DNA of 64,000 nt from Sulfurifustis sp. (GCA_045810625.1 JBJMVQ010000040.1:51904-115903), one strand, 5' to 3'. Positions 18,962-28,612 are shown, numbered from the stretch's first letter. Translations and numbers: made by a program. Notes: generated from the sequence alone by a model not told the origin.

Positions 18962-20007
18962 GCCTCGCGCTCGTGCAGCGCGGCGGCAATGCGGTGCGAT
19001 GCCGCCGCCGCAGGCGCTGCCACACGCCCGGCCGGCAGCGGCCGGCGGACCGGTAGATCACCCGCGCTCGACGTCTTGCCCGCGCCGCGCATGCGAATCG
19101 GGTCGTCGTACACTTCCACGTCGGCGAAGCCGTTGGCGCGAAACCAGCGGAAGATTTCGGGATAGAAGAATTTGAACTGGTACTTCGGCGTATACCAGTC
19201 GAACGTATCGAGCCAGCGCCAGCGCCAGTTCGCGTGCAACGAGATGGGACAGAGCACGCGCAGCACGTTGCCGAGAACCGGCACTTGGTACAGATAGTAG
19301 AGCGGTATGGCGAGCGTGCTCAGCGCGAACATCAGTCGCAGCGGTAAACGCGTGGTCAGGCGGCGGATCACGTCCGCGCAGCGATTGCCGGGACCGTAGC
19401 CGTGGTACAGGTAAACGGCGAGGCCGCCGCCCGGCTTCACCGTGGCGGCCACGTGATCGAAGGCGGCGCGGGGTTCGGGCGTGTGATGCAGCACGCCGAT
19501 CGAGTAGACCAGATCGAATGTCTCCGCGCGAAACGGCATGGCGAAGATGTCCGCCTGGATCAAGTGTACGTTCTCGCGCCGCCCGATGTTCGCGTACGCC
19601 GCGTCGACGGCGTCCGTCAGGTCGATGCCGACGACTTCGCCGCCGTATTGCGCCACGATTTCCGCGAACCGGCCGCAACCGACACCGGCATCGAGCACCA
19701 GGCGGCCGCGATAATCTTCGCGCGTCCAGCCGGTGGTCGCGTGCAGGGTACGTTCCGACTCTCCGCTGCCGCTGTGCGAGTCGAGCTGTACCCGGCGAAA
19801 CCAGTTCCATTGGCGGCCGAAGCTCGACGCGTACGTCATCGCGCGCACGAACCGCGGCACGCCGCGCGTGATGGGGTACTCGGCGCGACAGCCGCGGCAC
19901 GACAACGCGCCTTCCATGATTTCCGATCCCGGCTCGGGCGGCGCGTGCAGGTCGAGACTCTGCCGGCATTGCGGACAGACGAGGAATCTGAGAGCGCTGG
20001 TTTTCAC
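18958..20007 (-). CDS. Class I SAM-dependent methyltransferase with N-terminal Trm112-like zinc ribbon
   Basis: 349 aa. CPQC...CRGC Zn-ribbon, then SAM motif I LVLDAGVGCGRFA. Confidence 0.8.
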   Translation of the reverse strand: MKTSALRFLVCPQCRQSLDLHAPPEPGSEIMEGALSCRGCRAEYPITRGVPRFVRAMTYASSFGRQWNWFRRVQLDSHSGSGESERTLHATTGWTREDYRGRLVLDAGVGCGRFAEIVAQYGGEVVGIDLTDAVDAAYANIGRRENVHLIQADIFAMPFRAETFDLVYSIGVLHHTPEPRAAFDHVAATVKPGGGLAVYLYHGYGPGNRCADVIRRLTTRLPLRLMFALSTLAIPLYYLYQVPVLGNVLRVLCPISLHANWRWRWLDTFDWYTPKYQFKFFYPEIFRWFRANGFADVEVYDDPIRMRGAGKTSSAGDLPVRRPLPAGRVAAPAAAASHRIAAALHEREA

Positions 20008-20022
20008 TGGTTTAGCTCCGTC

Positions 20023-21204
20023 CTAAATTCGGCCCGCCGCATCGGCGATCCACTCGCCCTGCGCCGCGACTTCCGGCTCGGGCGCGAGATCGCCGGCGGA
20101 CACCGCCCGCGCGGCGCCGGCCGCAGCCGGTATCGCTTCCCGCAGCGGCGCCGACTCCACCGTCCGCGCCGGCGGCGTGGACCCGGCGTCCCGATGGCGG
20201 CGCAACCACGTGGCCCTGAGGGTCGCGAGCAGGATGCGCAGATCGAGCCCGATCGAAAGGTGCTTGATGTAGTACAGGTCGTAGCGCAGCTTTTCCATTT
20301 CTTCGTCGAGATCGTTGGCGTAGCGGTAGCGGACCTGGGCCCAACCGGTGATGCCCGGCCGCACCAGCGTGCGCAGCGAGTAGTACGGAATCTTTTTGCC
20401 GCACTGCGGTATGTTGCGCGACACCAGCGCGAACAGCTCGAAGTTCGACGCCGGGTGCGGCCGCGGGCCGACCAGGTTCATATCGCCGCGCAGGACGTTG
20501 ATGAATTGCGGCAGCTCATCGAGCCGGAGCTTGCGCAGCCAGCGTCCGACGCGAGTGATGCGGTCGCCGTTGTCGCGCTCCCATTCGGTACGCTGCTCGG
20601 CCGCCGGATGCATGCTGCGGAACTTCAGCAGCGGAAAGATCCGTCCATCCCTGCCGACCCGATGCTGGACGAAGAGCACCGGACCGCGCGAGTCGAGCTT
20701 GATCGCGAGTGCAATCAGCGCCAGCAGCGGAGCGAAACCGACCAGCCCCACAACCGCCGCGAGCACGCTTATCGCGCGCCCCACGATGAGCGCGGGACCG
20801 GACGGCCGAAAGCCGGTCGAGAAAATCACGTCGCTCGGCGCGAGCGAGTCGATCGCGAGTTTTCCGGTGAGGCGTTCGTAAAGCTCCTCGCCGTCCTCGA
20901 TCACCGCGCCGCGGCAGATGCGCGCCTGCAACAACGGATCCCACGGCAAATCGGCACGCCGCTCCGTCAGCGCCACGACGATTTGTTCCGGCTGAAACTC
21001 ATCGATGATGCGCGGCAGGTCCGCCAGCGCTCCGAGCAGCGGCCAGGATCCGGCGGCGCTGCCGTCGGTGCGCTGTTCGCTGACGACGCCGACAACGGGG
21101 CGGCCGCGACGCGCGCGCGTGCCGATCAACTCGACCAGCGCTTGCGCCAACGGCGTCGTGCCGAGAATCAATATGCGCTTATGCAGGCGCGGGCGGAGGA
21201 ACAC
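20023..21204 (-). CDS. Polyprenyl-phosphate sugar phosphotransferase (bacterial sugar transferase, EPS priming enzyme)
   Basis: 393 aa. Conserved C-terminal catalytic domain (PLLKFRSM...DELPQFINVLRGDMNLVGPRP). Short N-terminus, like PEP-CTERM-locus EpsB-type enzymes. Confidence 0.85.
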   Translation of the reverse strand: MFLRPRLHKRILILGTTPLAQALVELIGTRARRGRPVVGVVSEQRTDGSAAGSWPLLGALADLPRIIDEFQPEQIVVALTERRADLPWDPLLQARICRGAVIEDGEELYERLTGKLAIDSLAPSDVIFSTGFRPSGPALIVGRAISVLAAVVGLVGFAPLLALIALAIKLDSRGPVLFVQHRVGRDGRIFPLLKFRSMHPAAEQRTEWERDNGDRITRVGRWLRKLRLDELPQFINVLRGDMNLVGPRPHPASNFELFALVSRNIPQCGKKIPYYSLRTLVRPGITGWAQVRYRYANDLDEEMEKLRYDLYYIKHLSIGLDLRILLATLRATWLRRHRDAGSTPPARTVESAPLREAIPAAAGAARAVSAGDLAPEPEVAAQGEWIADAAGRI

Positions 21205-21226
21205 GGCGAAGACGGCGCGGCGACGA

Positions 21227-22081
21227 CTACTTCCGCAGGAGCGAAGTCCACCAGCTGCGGCGCTTGCGGTTCGTCGCCGGCGTATAGCCGTAGCTGCGGT
21301 AACCGTACTGTCTGGCCAGCGAGCGGTCGTAGCGGTTGAAAACCAGGCCGAGGACGGATTCGGGGCTGAGCAAATTCAACGCTTCGGCGAGCGCCGCGCG
21401 CGGCGTGCGGTCGGCGGCGACGACCATGAAGAAACCGTCCACCCATTTGCTGATGAGCCGGCAATCCGGCACCGGCACCACCGGCGGCGCATCGAGGATC
21501 ACGTAGTCGTAGCGCTGCCGCGCCTGCGCGAGCAATTCGCCGAGACGGGGCGAGCGCAGCAGCTCATACGGCGCCGCCGGACATGCGCCCGCCGGCAGCA
21601 CGGCGAAGTTGAACGTCGGGACCGGCTGAATGACTTTTTCGAGCGGCAGGCCGGTATCGCGCACGGCATCGGCCAAACCCCGATGGTCGCGGTAGCGCAG
21701 GGTGAGGTGCTCGCCCGACGTGACCGAGGACCGGCGCAAATCGACTTCCACCAGCAGGACGCGCGCCTTGGGATCGCGCGCCAGCGCGCCGACGAGATTG
21801 ATCGCCGTCACCGACTTGCCGTCGCCCGGCGTCGGGCTGCATATGCCGACGATCACGCCGCCGCCCGGTTTGCGCATCTGCTCGACGATATAGCGCAGGC
21901 CGAGGTACTGCTCGGCTTCGAGCGAGTCCGGCGCGGTCAGGCTCACCAGGCGCGGATCGACGCGGACGACACAGTCTTCCATCGGCGCCGCCGGCGCCGC
22001 GCGCTGTCGTTGCACGGCGCCGAGGACGACCGCGCCGTCGTCGGTCCCGTCGAGCTTCACTTCCGACATCGAATGTTCCAT
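21227..22081 (-). CDS. Bacterial tyrosine (BY) kinase, cytoplasmic ATPase domain protein
   Basis: ORF 21227..22177 trimmed to ATG 22081 (MEHSMSEVKL). Walker A GICSPTPGDGKS, Walker B VILDAPP. C-terminal Tyr-rich tail (YGYRSYGYTP). Confidence 0.85.
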   Translation of the reverse strand: MEHSMSEVKLDGTDDGAVVLGAVQRQRAAPAAPMEDCVVRVDPRLVSLTAPDSLEAEQYLGLRYIVEQMRKPGGGVIVGICSPTPGDGKSVTAINLVGALARDPKARVLLVEVDLRRSSVTSGEHLTLRYRDHRGLADAVRDTGLPLEKVIQPVPTFNFAVLPAGACPAAPYELLRSPRLGELLAQARQRYDYVILDAPPVVPVPDCRLISKWVDGFFMVVAADRTPRAALAEALNLLSPESVLGLVFNRYDRSLARQYGYRSYGYTPATNRKRRSWWTSLLRK

Positions 22082-22133
22082 ACCGCCGTTTCCTGATTCA
22101 ACGCAAGCACAGCCGGAGCATTGCGCGCACCGA

Positions 22134-23561
22134 TCACGTTCCGCGCTGCGCCAGCACCCACACGAGTTGCTCCGCACGATGGGCGACGTGATAGCAGCCC
22201 TGCGCGATCAGCACGAGCGCGATGCCCGACAAAACCGTGGTCGCACCGAAACCGAGCCAGCGGCGCCACGCGTCGGCGCGGCTGGCGATTTGCGGAATGC
22301 CGGCGAGGATCGGCAGATGCGCGAACGCGTGCAGCTCCGCCATGCTGTGGAAAGACGTGTCGAGCCGTTCGGCGAGGAGCATCGCCGCGGCGGCGAGCAT
22401 GAGCGCAACGATCAGACCGAACAGCAGGAGCCGCACTCGCGGCGGCGCCGCCGGCGCCGCCGGCGCGATCGCCGGATCGACGATGCGGAACTGATTTTGC
22501 TTCTGGCGCTCCACCGTTTCGGCGAGCCGCGCTTCCTCGTAGCGCTTGAGCAGCGAGGCGTAGAGCTCCAGCACGGCGATGTGATCGCGCCCCGCCGACG
22601 GCTCGCTCTGGTCGTCGGCCGGCGCCTCCGCGGCGGCCGGCAACGGCGCGCGCGCGCGTCGCTCCGCGCCCGCGACCGGTCTGGCCAGACCGGCGCGATC
22701 CGCCGGGCGCGCACTCGGCGCGCCCGCACCGGCATCGGCGGTTTCCAGTTGCTGCTCCAGCGCCGCGATTTCGCGCTCGAGCTGAACCACATCGGGATGC
22801 TTGTCGCTCAGTCGCGTGCGCATCTCCGCCAGTTCCCGTTTCGACCGCTCGAGCCGATCGACGAGGGTATCGCCGGTGCTGCCAGCGGCGCGGGAGCGCT
22901 GTTGGCGCGCGCGCCGTTGCTCCGCGCGCTGCCGGTCCGCCCGCTGCTGCTCCGCGCGCAACTGCTGTTGGATATCATCGAGCTGCTGCTTGAGGAGCGC
23001 CGTGGTACCGACCGCCTGGCGCTCGCGAATCTTCTCGTTTTCCTGCACGTAAAACGAGGCGAGCGTGTTCGTCACTTCCGCCACGGTCTGCGGATCCCAG
23101 CCTTGATAGCTCAGGGTGAAAGCAACGGTGAGCCCGCGCCCCCATTGCTGGTTGACTTCCTTGCGCACCAACTGGATGTCGCGGCGCATCCGCTCGATCA
23201 CCGCCTCGGGCGGCGCTTGCTGGCGCAGGCGCGGGTACAAATCGAAACGGTCGATCAGCTCCTGTAAGCGCGCGCGGCTCAGGATTTCCTGCGTGACGGC
23301 TTGCAGCCGCGGCTCGATCTCGCTGCTCACGGACGATTTGGCGAAGCTCTCCGATATCTGGGCCTGCTCCACCAGGACCAACGCGGTCGCCCGATAAAGA
23401 TCCGGCAGGCCCGCCACCAGACCGGCCGCGGCGCTAAACACGGCGGCGAACACGAGGATGCCGAGCCACTTGCGCCGGTGCCACAACACCGACGCGTACG
23501 CGACGGCCGATCCATGGCCGATCGGCGCATTCACTTCCAGCGCCTGCATACGCATCTCCAA
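22134..23561 (-). CDS. Polysaccharide chain-length determinant (Wzz/PCP family) protein
   Basis: 475 aa. N-terminal TM helix, long coiled-coil periplasmic region (QQQLRAEQQRADRQRAEQRRARQQ), C-terminal TM helix. TTG start. Confidence 0.8.
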   Translation of the reverse strand: MEMRMQALEVNAPIGHGSAVAYASVLWHRRKWLGILVFAAVFSAAAGLVAGLPDLYRATALVLVEQAQISESFAKSSVSSEIEPRLQAVTQEILSRARLQELIDRFDLYPRLRQQAPPEAVIERMRRDIQLVRKEVNQQWGRGLTVAFTLSYQGWDPQTVAEVTNTLASFYVQENEKIRERQAVGTTALLKQQLDDIQQQLRAEQQRADRQRAEQRRARQQRSRAAGSTGDTLVDRLERSKRELAEMRTRLSDKHPDVVQLEREIAALEQQLETADAGAGAPSARPADRAGLARPVAGAERRARAPLPAAAEAPADDQSEPSAGRDHIAVLELYASLLKRYEEARLAETVERQKQNQFRIVDPAIAPAAPAAPPRVRLLLFGLIVALMLAAAAMLLAERLDTSFHSMAELHAFAHLPILAGIPQIASRADAWRRWLGFGATTVLSGIALVLIAQGCYHVAHRAEQLVWVLAQRGT

Positions 23562-23570
23562 TTAGGGCAG

Positions 23571-24173
23571 CTATGGAACGACAATGATGTCTCCCGGCTG
23601 CACCTGCACGTTTTCGCTCTCGCCGCCGGGTGCGATCGCCCGGTCGTAGTCGAACGGTATCCGCTTCACGGAGTTTCCGTTGGCACGCAGCAGCACGATG
23701 CGCTTGCGTCCGGCGAATTCGGTAATACCGCCGGCGCTTGCCAGCAGGTCGAGCACGGTCGCGCCGTTTTTGAACTCGTACCGGCCGGCCTTCCTGACCT
23801 CTCCCAAAACCGACGCGGTCAGATTGCGCACCTGCTGCACCACGACGGAAACTTCGGGGTTGACCACGTATCCCGTGAGCTTCTCGGCCAGCACACCGCG
23901 CAGCTGCATGGCGGTCAGGCCGGCGGCGCGCACGTCGTTCACGAGCGGCAGCGAGATCATGCCGTCCGGCCGCACCGGCACGGTTCGCGCCAGCGCCTCC
24001 TGCTTCCACACGGAAATTTGCAGCACGTCGCCCGGGCCGATCCGATATTCTTCGACCGACGCCGTATCGACGGCCGCGGCCGGCGGCCGCGGGTCCGGTG
24101 CGCTGGCGCAGCTCGCGGCCGCGCCGACGCAGATCGCGGCGAGAAGCACGCGACCGGCACGTCGCGCCGCCAT
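23571..24173 (-). CDS. Short Wza-like polysaccharide export outer-membrane lipoprotein (EpsE-like)
   Basis: ORF trimmed to ATG 24173 (MAARRAGRVLLAAICVGAAASCAS, lipobox AASC). Conserved IGPGDVLQISVW and PVRPDGMISLP (Poly_export/SLBB). Confidence 0.8.
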   Translation of the reverse strand: MAARRAGRVLLAAICVGAAASCASAPDPRPPAAAVDTASVEEYRIGPGDVLQISVWKQEALARTVPVRPDGMISLPLVNDVRAAGLTAMQLRGVLAEKLTGYVVNPEVSVVVQQVRNLTASVLGEVRKAGRYEFKNGATVLDLLASAGGITEFAGRKRIVLLRANGNSVKRIPFDYDRAIAPGGESENVQVQPGDIIVVP

Positions 24174-24210
24174 CGACGACTGTTTCCCATCGTTTCCCGG
24201 AATGCACATG

Positions 24211-25404
24211 TCAGGGTAGCTCGTCCTCGCCCGGTGCTTCCGTCGTGCGCCAGCGCGCACGACCGGGCGACAACTCGGCACGCGCCGGGGCGCCGACGAC
24301 GACGCCGAATGCGAGCACGTGGTGAACGATTTGCGTATCGCTCGGGACATCGAGCGTTCCGCGTTGCCTAACGGCGTCATAAGAACCGGTCAGCGCCAGT
24401 AGCGAGCTGATTCGGTAACTGGCCGCGACGCGGTAGCTGTAGGCATCGACCTCACCGTCGCCGCGCGCGCTTCTGGCAGCTCGCGCGCCCGCGCGGATTT
24501 CGAGCGCAGTTCCAAACGCGCGGACGGCGCTGGCCCCGATCGCGTCGGTGCTGACGACGCCGGCTTGGCCGATCACGGTCGACTGGCTGCGGCCGTATTC
24601 GAGCGCCAGCGTCCCGCGCTCGATCGTCTGCTGCAGCGACGCGGACGCCTCGACATCGTTCGACGCCTGCGACCAGCGCGGACCGGCGAGGAGCGCGACG
24701 CGGGTGCGCGACGTGAACGCATGGGTTCCACCGAAGAGCAATACGTGTGCGCTCGTGATGTCGCCGCCATCGAAATCGAAGCGGCGATAGAGATAGTCCA
24801 CGGTTGCGCTGTCGCGCCGGGTGATGGCGCGATCGACGCGCAGCTCCACCGTACGCGTGTCGCCCGCGACACCTCCCGCGAGCCGGTCGCCGATGAAGGT
24901 GTACGAGGCGGTTGCGACGCTGACCGGATCAAACCGGTACTCCACGGCGGGACCAACCGAGAGGCGCTCGGCGGGCGCCCGGCCCAAATTGAGGCCCGTC
25001 ACCGGGTTCAGCTCGCTCGGCGTCTGCGTCGCCGCGTAGTCGGCGCCGGCCGAGACGGTCAGCACCCGCGTCGGCCGGTAACGCCAATCGAGCGCGGCAT
25101 GCTGGCGTGCGCGGTTGGTGTCGAGATCCGGATGCTCGGCATAAGTTTCCGCGTCCTGGCTGTAGCGCCCCGCCAGCGTCCACGGCGCCGAGTCGTAACC
25201 CATTTCGATCGCGGGGCTCAGCCGCCCGATGCGATCCGGCTGCGGGCGCGACGGCGATGCGAAAATATTGTCGTCGTAGACTTCCGCCGCCGAAACCGAA
25301 GGCGTCATGGAGAACCCGGATTGCGCCGCCGCGCCGCCCGGCACGCCGCCGCCGAGCGCGATCAACAGCGCAACGATCCGGCATGCTCTTTCCCGGGCAT
25401 CCAT
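24211..25404 (-). CDS. Predicted outer-membrane beta-barrel protein of the EPS locus
   Basis: ORF trimmed to ATG 25404 (MDARERACRIVALLIALGGG...). Signal peptide. Alternating beta-strand pattern rich in Y/R/S/T/G. Confidence 0.5.
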   Translation of the reverse strand: MDARERACRIVALLIALGGGVPGGAAAQSGFSMTPSVSAAEVYDDNIFASPSRPQPDRIGRLSPAIEMGYDSAPWTLAGRYSQDAETYAEHPDLDTNRARQHAALDWRYRPTRVLTVSAGADYAATQTPSELNPVTGLNLGRAPAERLSVGPAVEYRFDPVSVATASYTFIGDRLAGGVAGDTRTVELRVDRAITRRDSATVDYLYRRFDFDGGDITSAHVLLFGGTHAFTSRTRVALLAGPRWSQASNDVEASASLQQTIERGTLALEYGRSQSTVIGQAGVVSTDAIGASAVRAFGTALEIRAGARAARSARGDGEVDAYSYRVAASYRISSLLALTGSYDAVRQRGTLDVPSDTQIVHHVLAFGVVVGAPARAELSPGRARWRTTEAPGEDELP

Positions 25405-25492
25405 CGCTGCGCCAATTCCGGCGCGCGCAACCCCGTCGGCAGGAGGCAATCGATCTTGCCCCGCGAAACGGTACCGCCACCCGTGCCGCCGC

Positions 25493-26104
25493 TTACGCGA
25501 GCGCGACCGCGGTGCAATCGATCTGTACGGCGATGCTCTGCCGCAGCAGCTCGACGGAAAGAACCAGGAGGCCTTTCTTGGGATCGGTCTTCACCAGGAT
25601 GCCTTCCGCGCTCGCGAGCGGCCCGTGGGTGATGCGCACGCGCTCGCCCTGGCGCAGGTAAGGATACGGAATCGTCGGAACGTCGGCAGCGAGAATGCGC
25701 TCGATCGCTTCGATCTCGCCGCCCGAAACCACCCCGAGCCGATCCCAGCGTTCGCCGAGCATGCGCACGACACCGCGGGTCTTGCACACCTCGATGTAGC
25801 TGTATTTGTCGATCGCGTGATGCAGAAACAGATAGCCGGGAAACATCGGGACACGGCCGAGGTAGCGCAGCCGCGCGCGCCGCGACCAACGGCCGACCTG
25901 CGGCAGCAACGTCTTGAATCCCTTCGCCGTCAGCTCGCCGTGCACCACGTGCTCGCAATTGCTGCGCGTCCATACCACGTGCCATTGCGGCTGAGGTTTC
26001 GCGGCCGCATGCGGGCCGACGGCCGCGACGAGCGCTGCGGTCTGGGCATCGATATTTTTTGGCAAAGCTTCGCCCCTTCGCGCCCCTTGCCTTCGCAGGG
26101 GCAA
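25493..26104 (-). CDS. NusG-family paralog (NGN + KOW), operon-specific transcription antiterminator-like protein
   Basis: 203 aa. NGN region WHVVWTRSNCEHVVHGELTAKGFKTLLPQV...MFPGYLFL and KOW GERVRITHGPLASAEGILV. Annotated start is TTG, and the true start may be internal. Confidence 0.75.
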   Translation of the reverse strand: MPLRRQGARRGEALPKNIDAQTAALVAAVGPHAAAKPQPQWHVVWTRSNCEHVVHGELTAKGFKTLLPQVGRWSRRARLRYLGRVPMFPGYLFLHHAIDKYSYIEVCKTRGVVRMLGERWDRLGVVSGGEIEAIERILAADVPTIPYPYLRQGERVRITHGPLASAEGILVKTDPKKGLLVLSVELLRQSIAVQIDCTAVALA

Positions 26105-26449
26105 TCGCTTTTACAGATTGTGCTGAATGGCGATCCGCTCCCCGTCGGCTACGCCCAAGAAGTGTCGCCGGCGGAACGCGCATCGCTACGCTTGTTCCGC
26201 CGTCAGACGCTCGTTGCGTCTCGTATTAACCGTACTCGGACAGGAACGCGGGGCGCAGAGTGCCCGCCACCGGACAATTCAACAATCGAGTAAATGCCCA
26301 AGTCGGGAGGAGACAGATCCCTTAGAAGCGCCTATCGATGCCACTTAATCGGCGGGAGAAATTTACGCAGCAAATCGGCACCCGTGCGCGCAGGCGGCCG
26401 AACGCGTGCGCGCCGGCGGCTCGGGCCGAAACCGGCGGTGCAGGTTGGA

Positions 26450-27091
26450 TCAGGTATGGACCAGTCCGCGGCGAATCGCGTAACGCACGAGTCCCGCGAC
26501 ATCGTGGATGTCGAGCTTTTTCATGGCGCGATTGCGATGCGCTTCGGCGGTTTTGAAGCTGACGTTGAGCACCCGCGCAATCTCTTTCGTGGTATTGCCC
26601 TCCGCCACCAATTGCAATATCTGCCGCTCGCGCGGCGTCAGCGGATCCTCGTCGTCGCCGGCGTTCTTGGTCAAGGCCAGGTAGGCGTCGACCACCGAGG
26701 CGGAAACCCCGGGGCTCAGGTAAATCTCGCCGTTGCGCACCTCGTGGATGGCACGGATCAGGTCGTCCGCCGCTTGGGTCTTCAGCAGATAACCGCGGGC
26801 GCCCATGCGCAGCGCCTGCAGCACATAGCTCTTTTCGGTGTACATCGTCAGCAGGATCGTCTTGATCTCGGGCGCGGTGCGGCGAAGCTCGTCGGCCGCG
26901 TCCAACCCGTTCAGCACCGGCATGGATAGATCGAGCACGGCGACGTCGGGACGCAGCGTGTGCGCGAGCGCGGCCGCTTCGCGTCCGTCCGAGGCTTCGC
27001 CGACGACTTCGTGGCCGGCTTTCTCCAGCAGCCCGCGCAATCCCTGGCGCAGGATCAAGTGGTCGTCCGCGAGCAGTATGCGGCTATGCAT
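26450..27091 (-). CDS. NarL/FixJ-family response regulator (REC + LuxR HTH)
   Basis: 213 aa. DDH...D phospho-acceptor region. C-terminal LTPRERQILQLVAEGNTTKEIARVLNVSFKTAEAHRNRAMKKL. Confidence 0.9.
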   Translation of the reverse strand: MHSRILLADDHLILRQGLRGLLEKAGHEVVGEASDGREAAALAHTLRPDVAVLDLSMPVLNGLDAADELRRTAPEIKTILLTMYTEKSYVLQALRMGARGYLLKTQAADDLIRAIHEVRNGEIYLSPGVSASVVDAYLALTKNAGDDEDPLTPRERQILQLVAEGNTTKEIARVLNVSFKTAEAHRNRAMKKLDIHDVAGLVRYAIRRGLVHT

Positions 27092-28010
27092 GCGTGCCTC
27101 CGAGCGGGATGTCGGCGATGAGCGTCGTGCCGCGCCGAGGCTCGGCGCGAATCTGCAGCGAGCCGCCGAGGGCGTTCAGCCGCTCGCGGATGCCGAGCAG
27201 CCCGAGACCCTGCGCCGCCGGCGCGCCCTGCGCGTCGAAGCCGCGGCCGTCATCGCTGACATGACAGGTAACGTGCGCCGGCAGGCGCCGCAGCTCGATA
27301 CGCACCGCGCGGGCGTGCGCATGCTTCACGGTATTGTTGAGCGCTTCCTGAACGATCCGGTACAGCGCGATCTCGACCGCCGCCGGCAGGCGCTCGCCGA
27401 CCGCCGCGTCCACCGTGACCACGAGCCCGGTGCGTTTGGCGACGCGCTCCGCCAGAAACTCGAGCGCCGCCGCGAGCCCGAGGTCATCGAGCACCGTCGG
27501 GCGCAACTCATGCGAGAGATTGCGCAAGTCGTCCTCGATCTGTTTGAGCAGGCGGCCGATCTCGCTGAAGCGCGCGCGCGCCGCCGCCGGCACGCCGGCG
27601 GCGACGATGTCGGCCAGCACGATATGCACCGACGCGAGCATTTGCCCGGCCTCGTCGTGCAGCGCGTGCGCGATCCGCTTCGATTCGGCCTCGAGCGCTT
27701 CGTTCAGGCCGCGCAGCGCGCGCATGCCTTCGCGTGCGCCGCGATGACTCATCTCGAACGCCGACAGGCATTCGGCGAAGAACTCCCCCGCCGCGCGCAG
27801 CGTTCGATCCAGCTCGCACTGCTCCGCCGCCAGGCGCCGCAACGCGAGATGATGGATCGCGGCCATTTCGAGCACGCCGCGGCCGTCCATCAGCGCGCGC
27901 CGACCGAGCTCGTAGCCGCGATTGAGCAGGGTTTCGCCGTCATGCTCGAGATACTCCCGCAGGATCTGCCAATACTGCTCGGTCAGCGGCGCTACCTCCA
28001 CCGTCGTCAT
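27084..28010 (-). CDS. Sensor histidine kinase (HisKA_3 + HATPase_c) with an about 110-aa N-terminal soluble domain, possibly RsbU-N-like (RsbT-receiving)
   Basis: ORF trimmed to ATG 28010 (MTTVEVAPLTEQYWQ...). H-box RIAHALHDEAGQML, N-box EALNNTVKHAHA, DDGRGFD, GLGLLGIRERL. No TM segments. ATGA overlap with the upstream phosphatase gene. Confidence 0.8.
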   Translation of the reverse strand: MTTVEVAPLTEQYWQILREYLEHDGETLLNRGYELGRRALMDGRGVLEMAAIHHLALRRLAAEQCELDRTLRAAGEFFAECLSAFEMSHRGAREGMRALRGLNEALEAESKRIAHALHDEAGQMLASVHIVLADIVAAGVPAAARARFSEIGRLLKQIEDDLRNLSHELRPTVLDDLGLAAALEFLAERVAKRTGLVVTVDAAVGERLPAAVEIALYRIVQEALNNTVKHAHARAVRIELRRLPAHVTCHVSDDGRGFDAQGAPAAQGLGLLGIRERLNALGGSLQIRAEPRRGTTLIADIPLGGTHA

Positions 28011-28612
28011 TTGCCACCGTTGTAGCGGAATATCACCACGGTCGCGTCGTCGCTGCCCTTGGCGTAGCCGTCGATTATCCGGTCCGCGAGGCGCTGCGGC
28101 TCGATCGCCGCCGGCAACATCTCGGCGAACTCGGTGCGCACGCCGTCGCTCGCGAGGATCAGCATGTCGCCCGCGGCCACCGGTTCGACCGACGGCCGCA
28201 GCGCCGGCAGCCGGTCGCCCACCGTGCCGGCGCGCACCAGCAGCGCGCGCACGCGCGGATGCGCGTCGGGATCGGCGTACACCAGCAGTCCGGTCACGTT
28301 GCCGATGCCGAGCCATTGTATGGTGTGCTGGCCGCAATCGAACGACGCGATGCTGATGGCGGCGCCGCGCAACCCGCGCATGTTCAGATGACAGCGCTCG
28401 ATGAGCGCCGCCGGTGCATCGCCCGCATGCTGCTCCAGCGTCCGCGCTGCGACGCCGGCGGCCTCGGCCGCGTAGTGCCCGTGACCAAGCGCATCGATCA
28501 CCGCGACCAGCGCGCCGTCGTCGAACGTTTGCACGACCGACCGATCGCCGCATTCGGTCTCGCCCGCGTGCACTAGCGACGCCGCGCCCCAGTCGAAACA
28601 CGGCGCGTTCAT
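28007..28612 (-). CDS. PP2C-type (SpoIIE/RsbX-like) serine phosphatase
   Basis: ORF trimmed to ATG 28612 (MNAPCFDWGAASLVHAGETECGDRSVV...). GD..VVA..DGLGHG and ASDGV motifs of RsbX/RsbU phosphatase domains. Confidence 0.75.
   Translation of the reverse strand: MNAPCFDWGAASLVHAGETECGDRSVVQTFDDGALVAVIDALGHGHYAAEAAGVAARTLEQHAGDAPAALIERCHLNMRGLRGAAISIASFDCGQHTIQWLGIGNVTGLLVYADPDAHPRVRALLVRAGTVGDRLPALRPSVEPVAAGDMLILASDGVRTEFAEMLPAAIEPQRLADRIIDGYAKGSDDATVVIFRYNGGK

Noticed and set aside
26105-26449. RfaH-type ops element or JUMPstart in the EPS operon leader
   Set aside because: I searched by eye for GGCGGTAGCGTG (and its complement) and did not find it. The NusG paralog may use a different, unidentified element.
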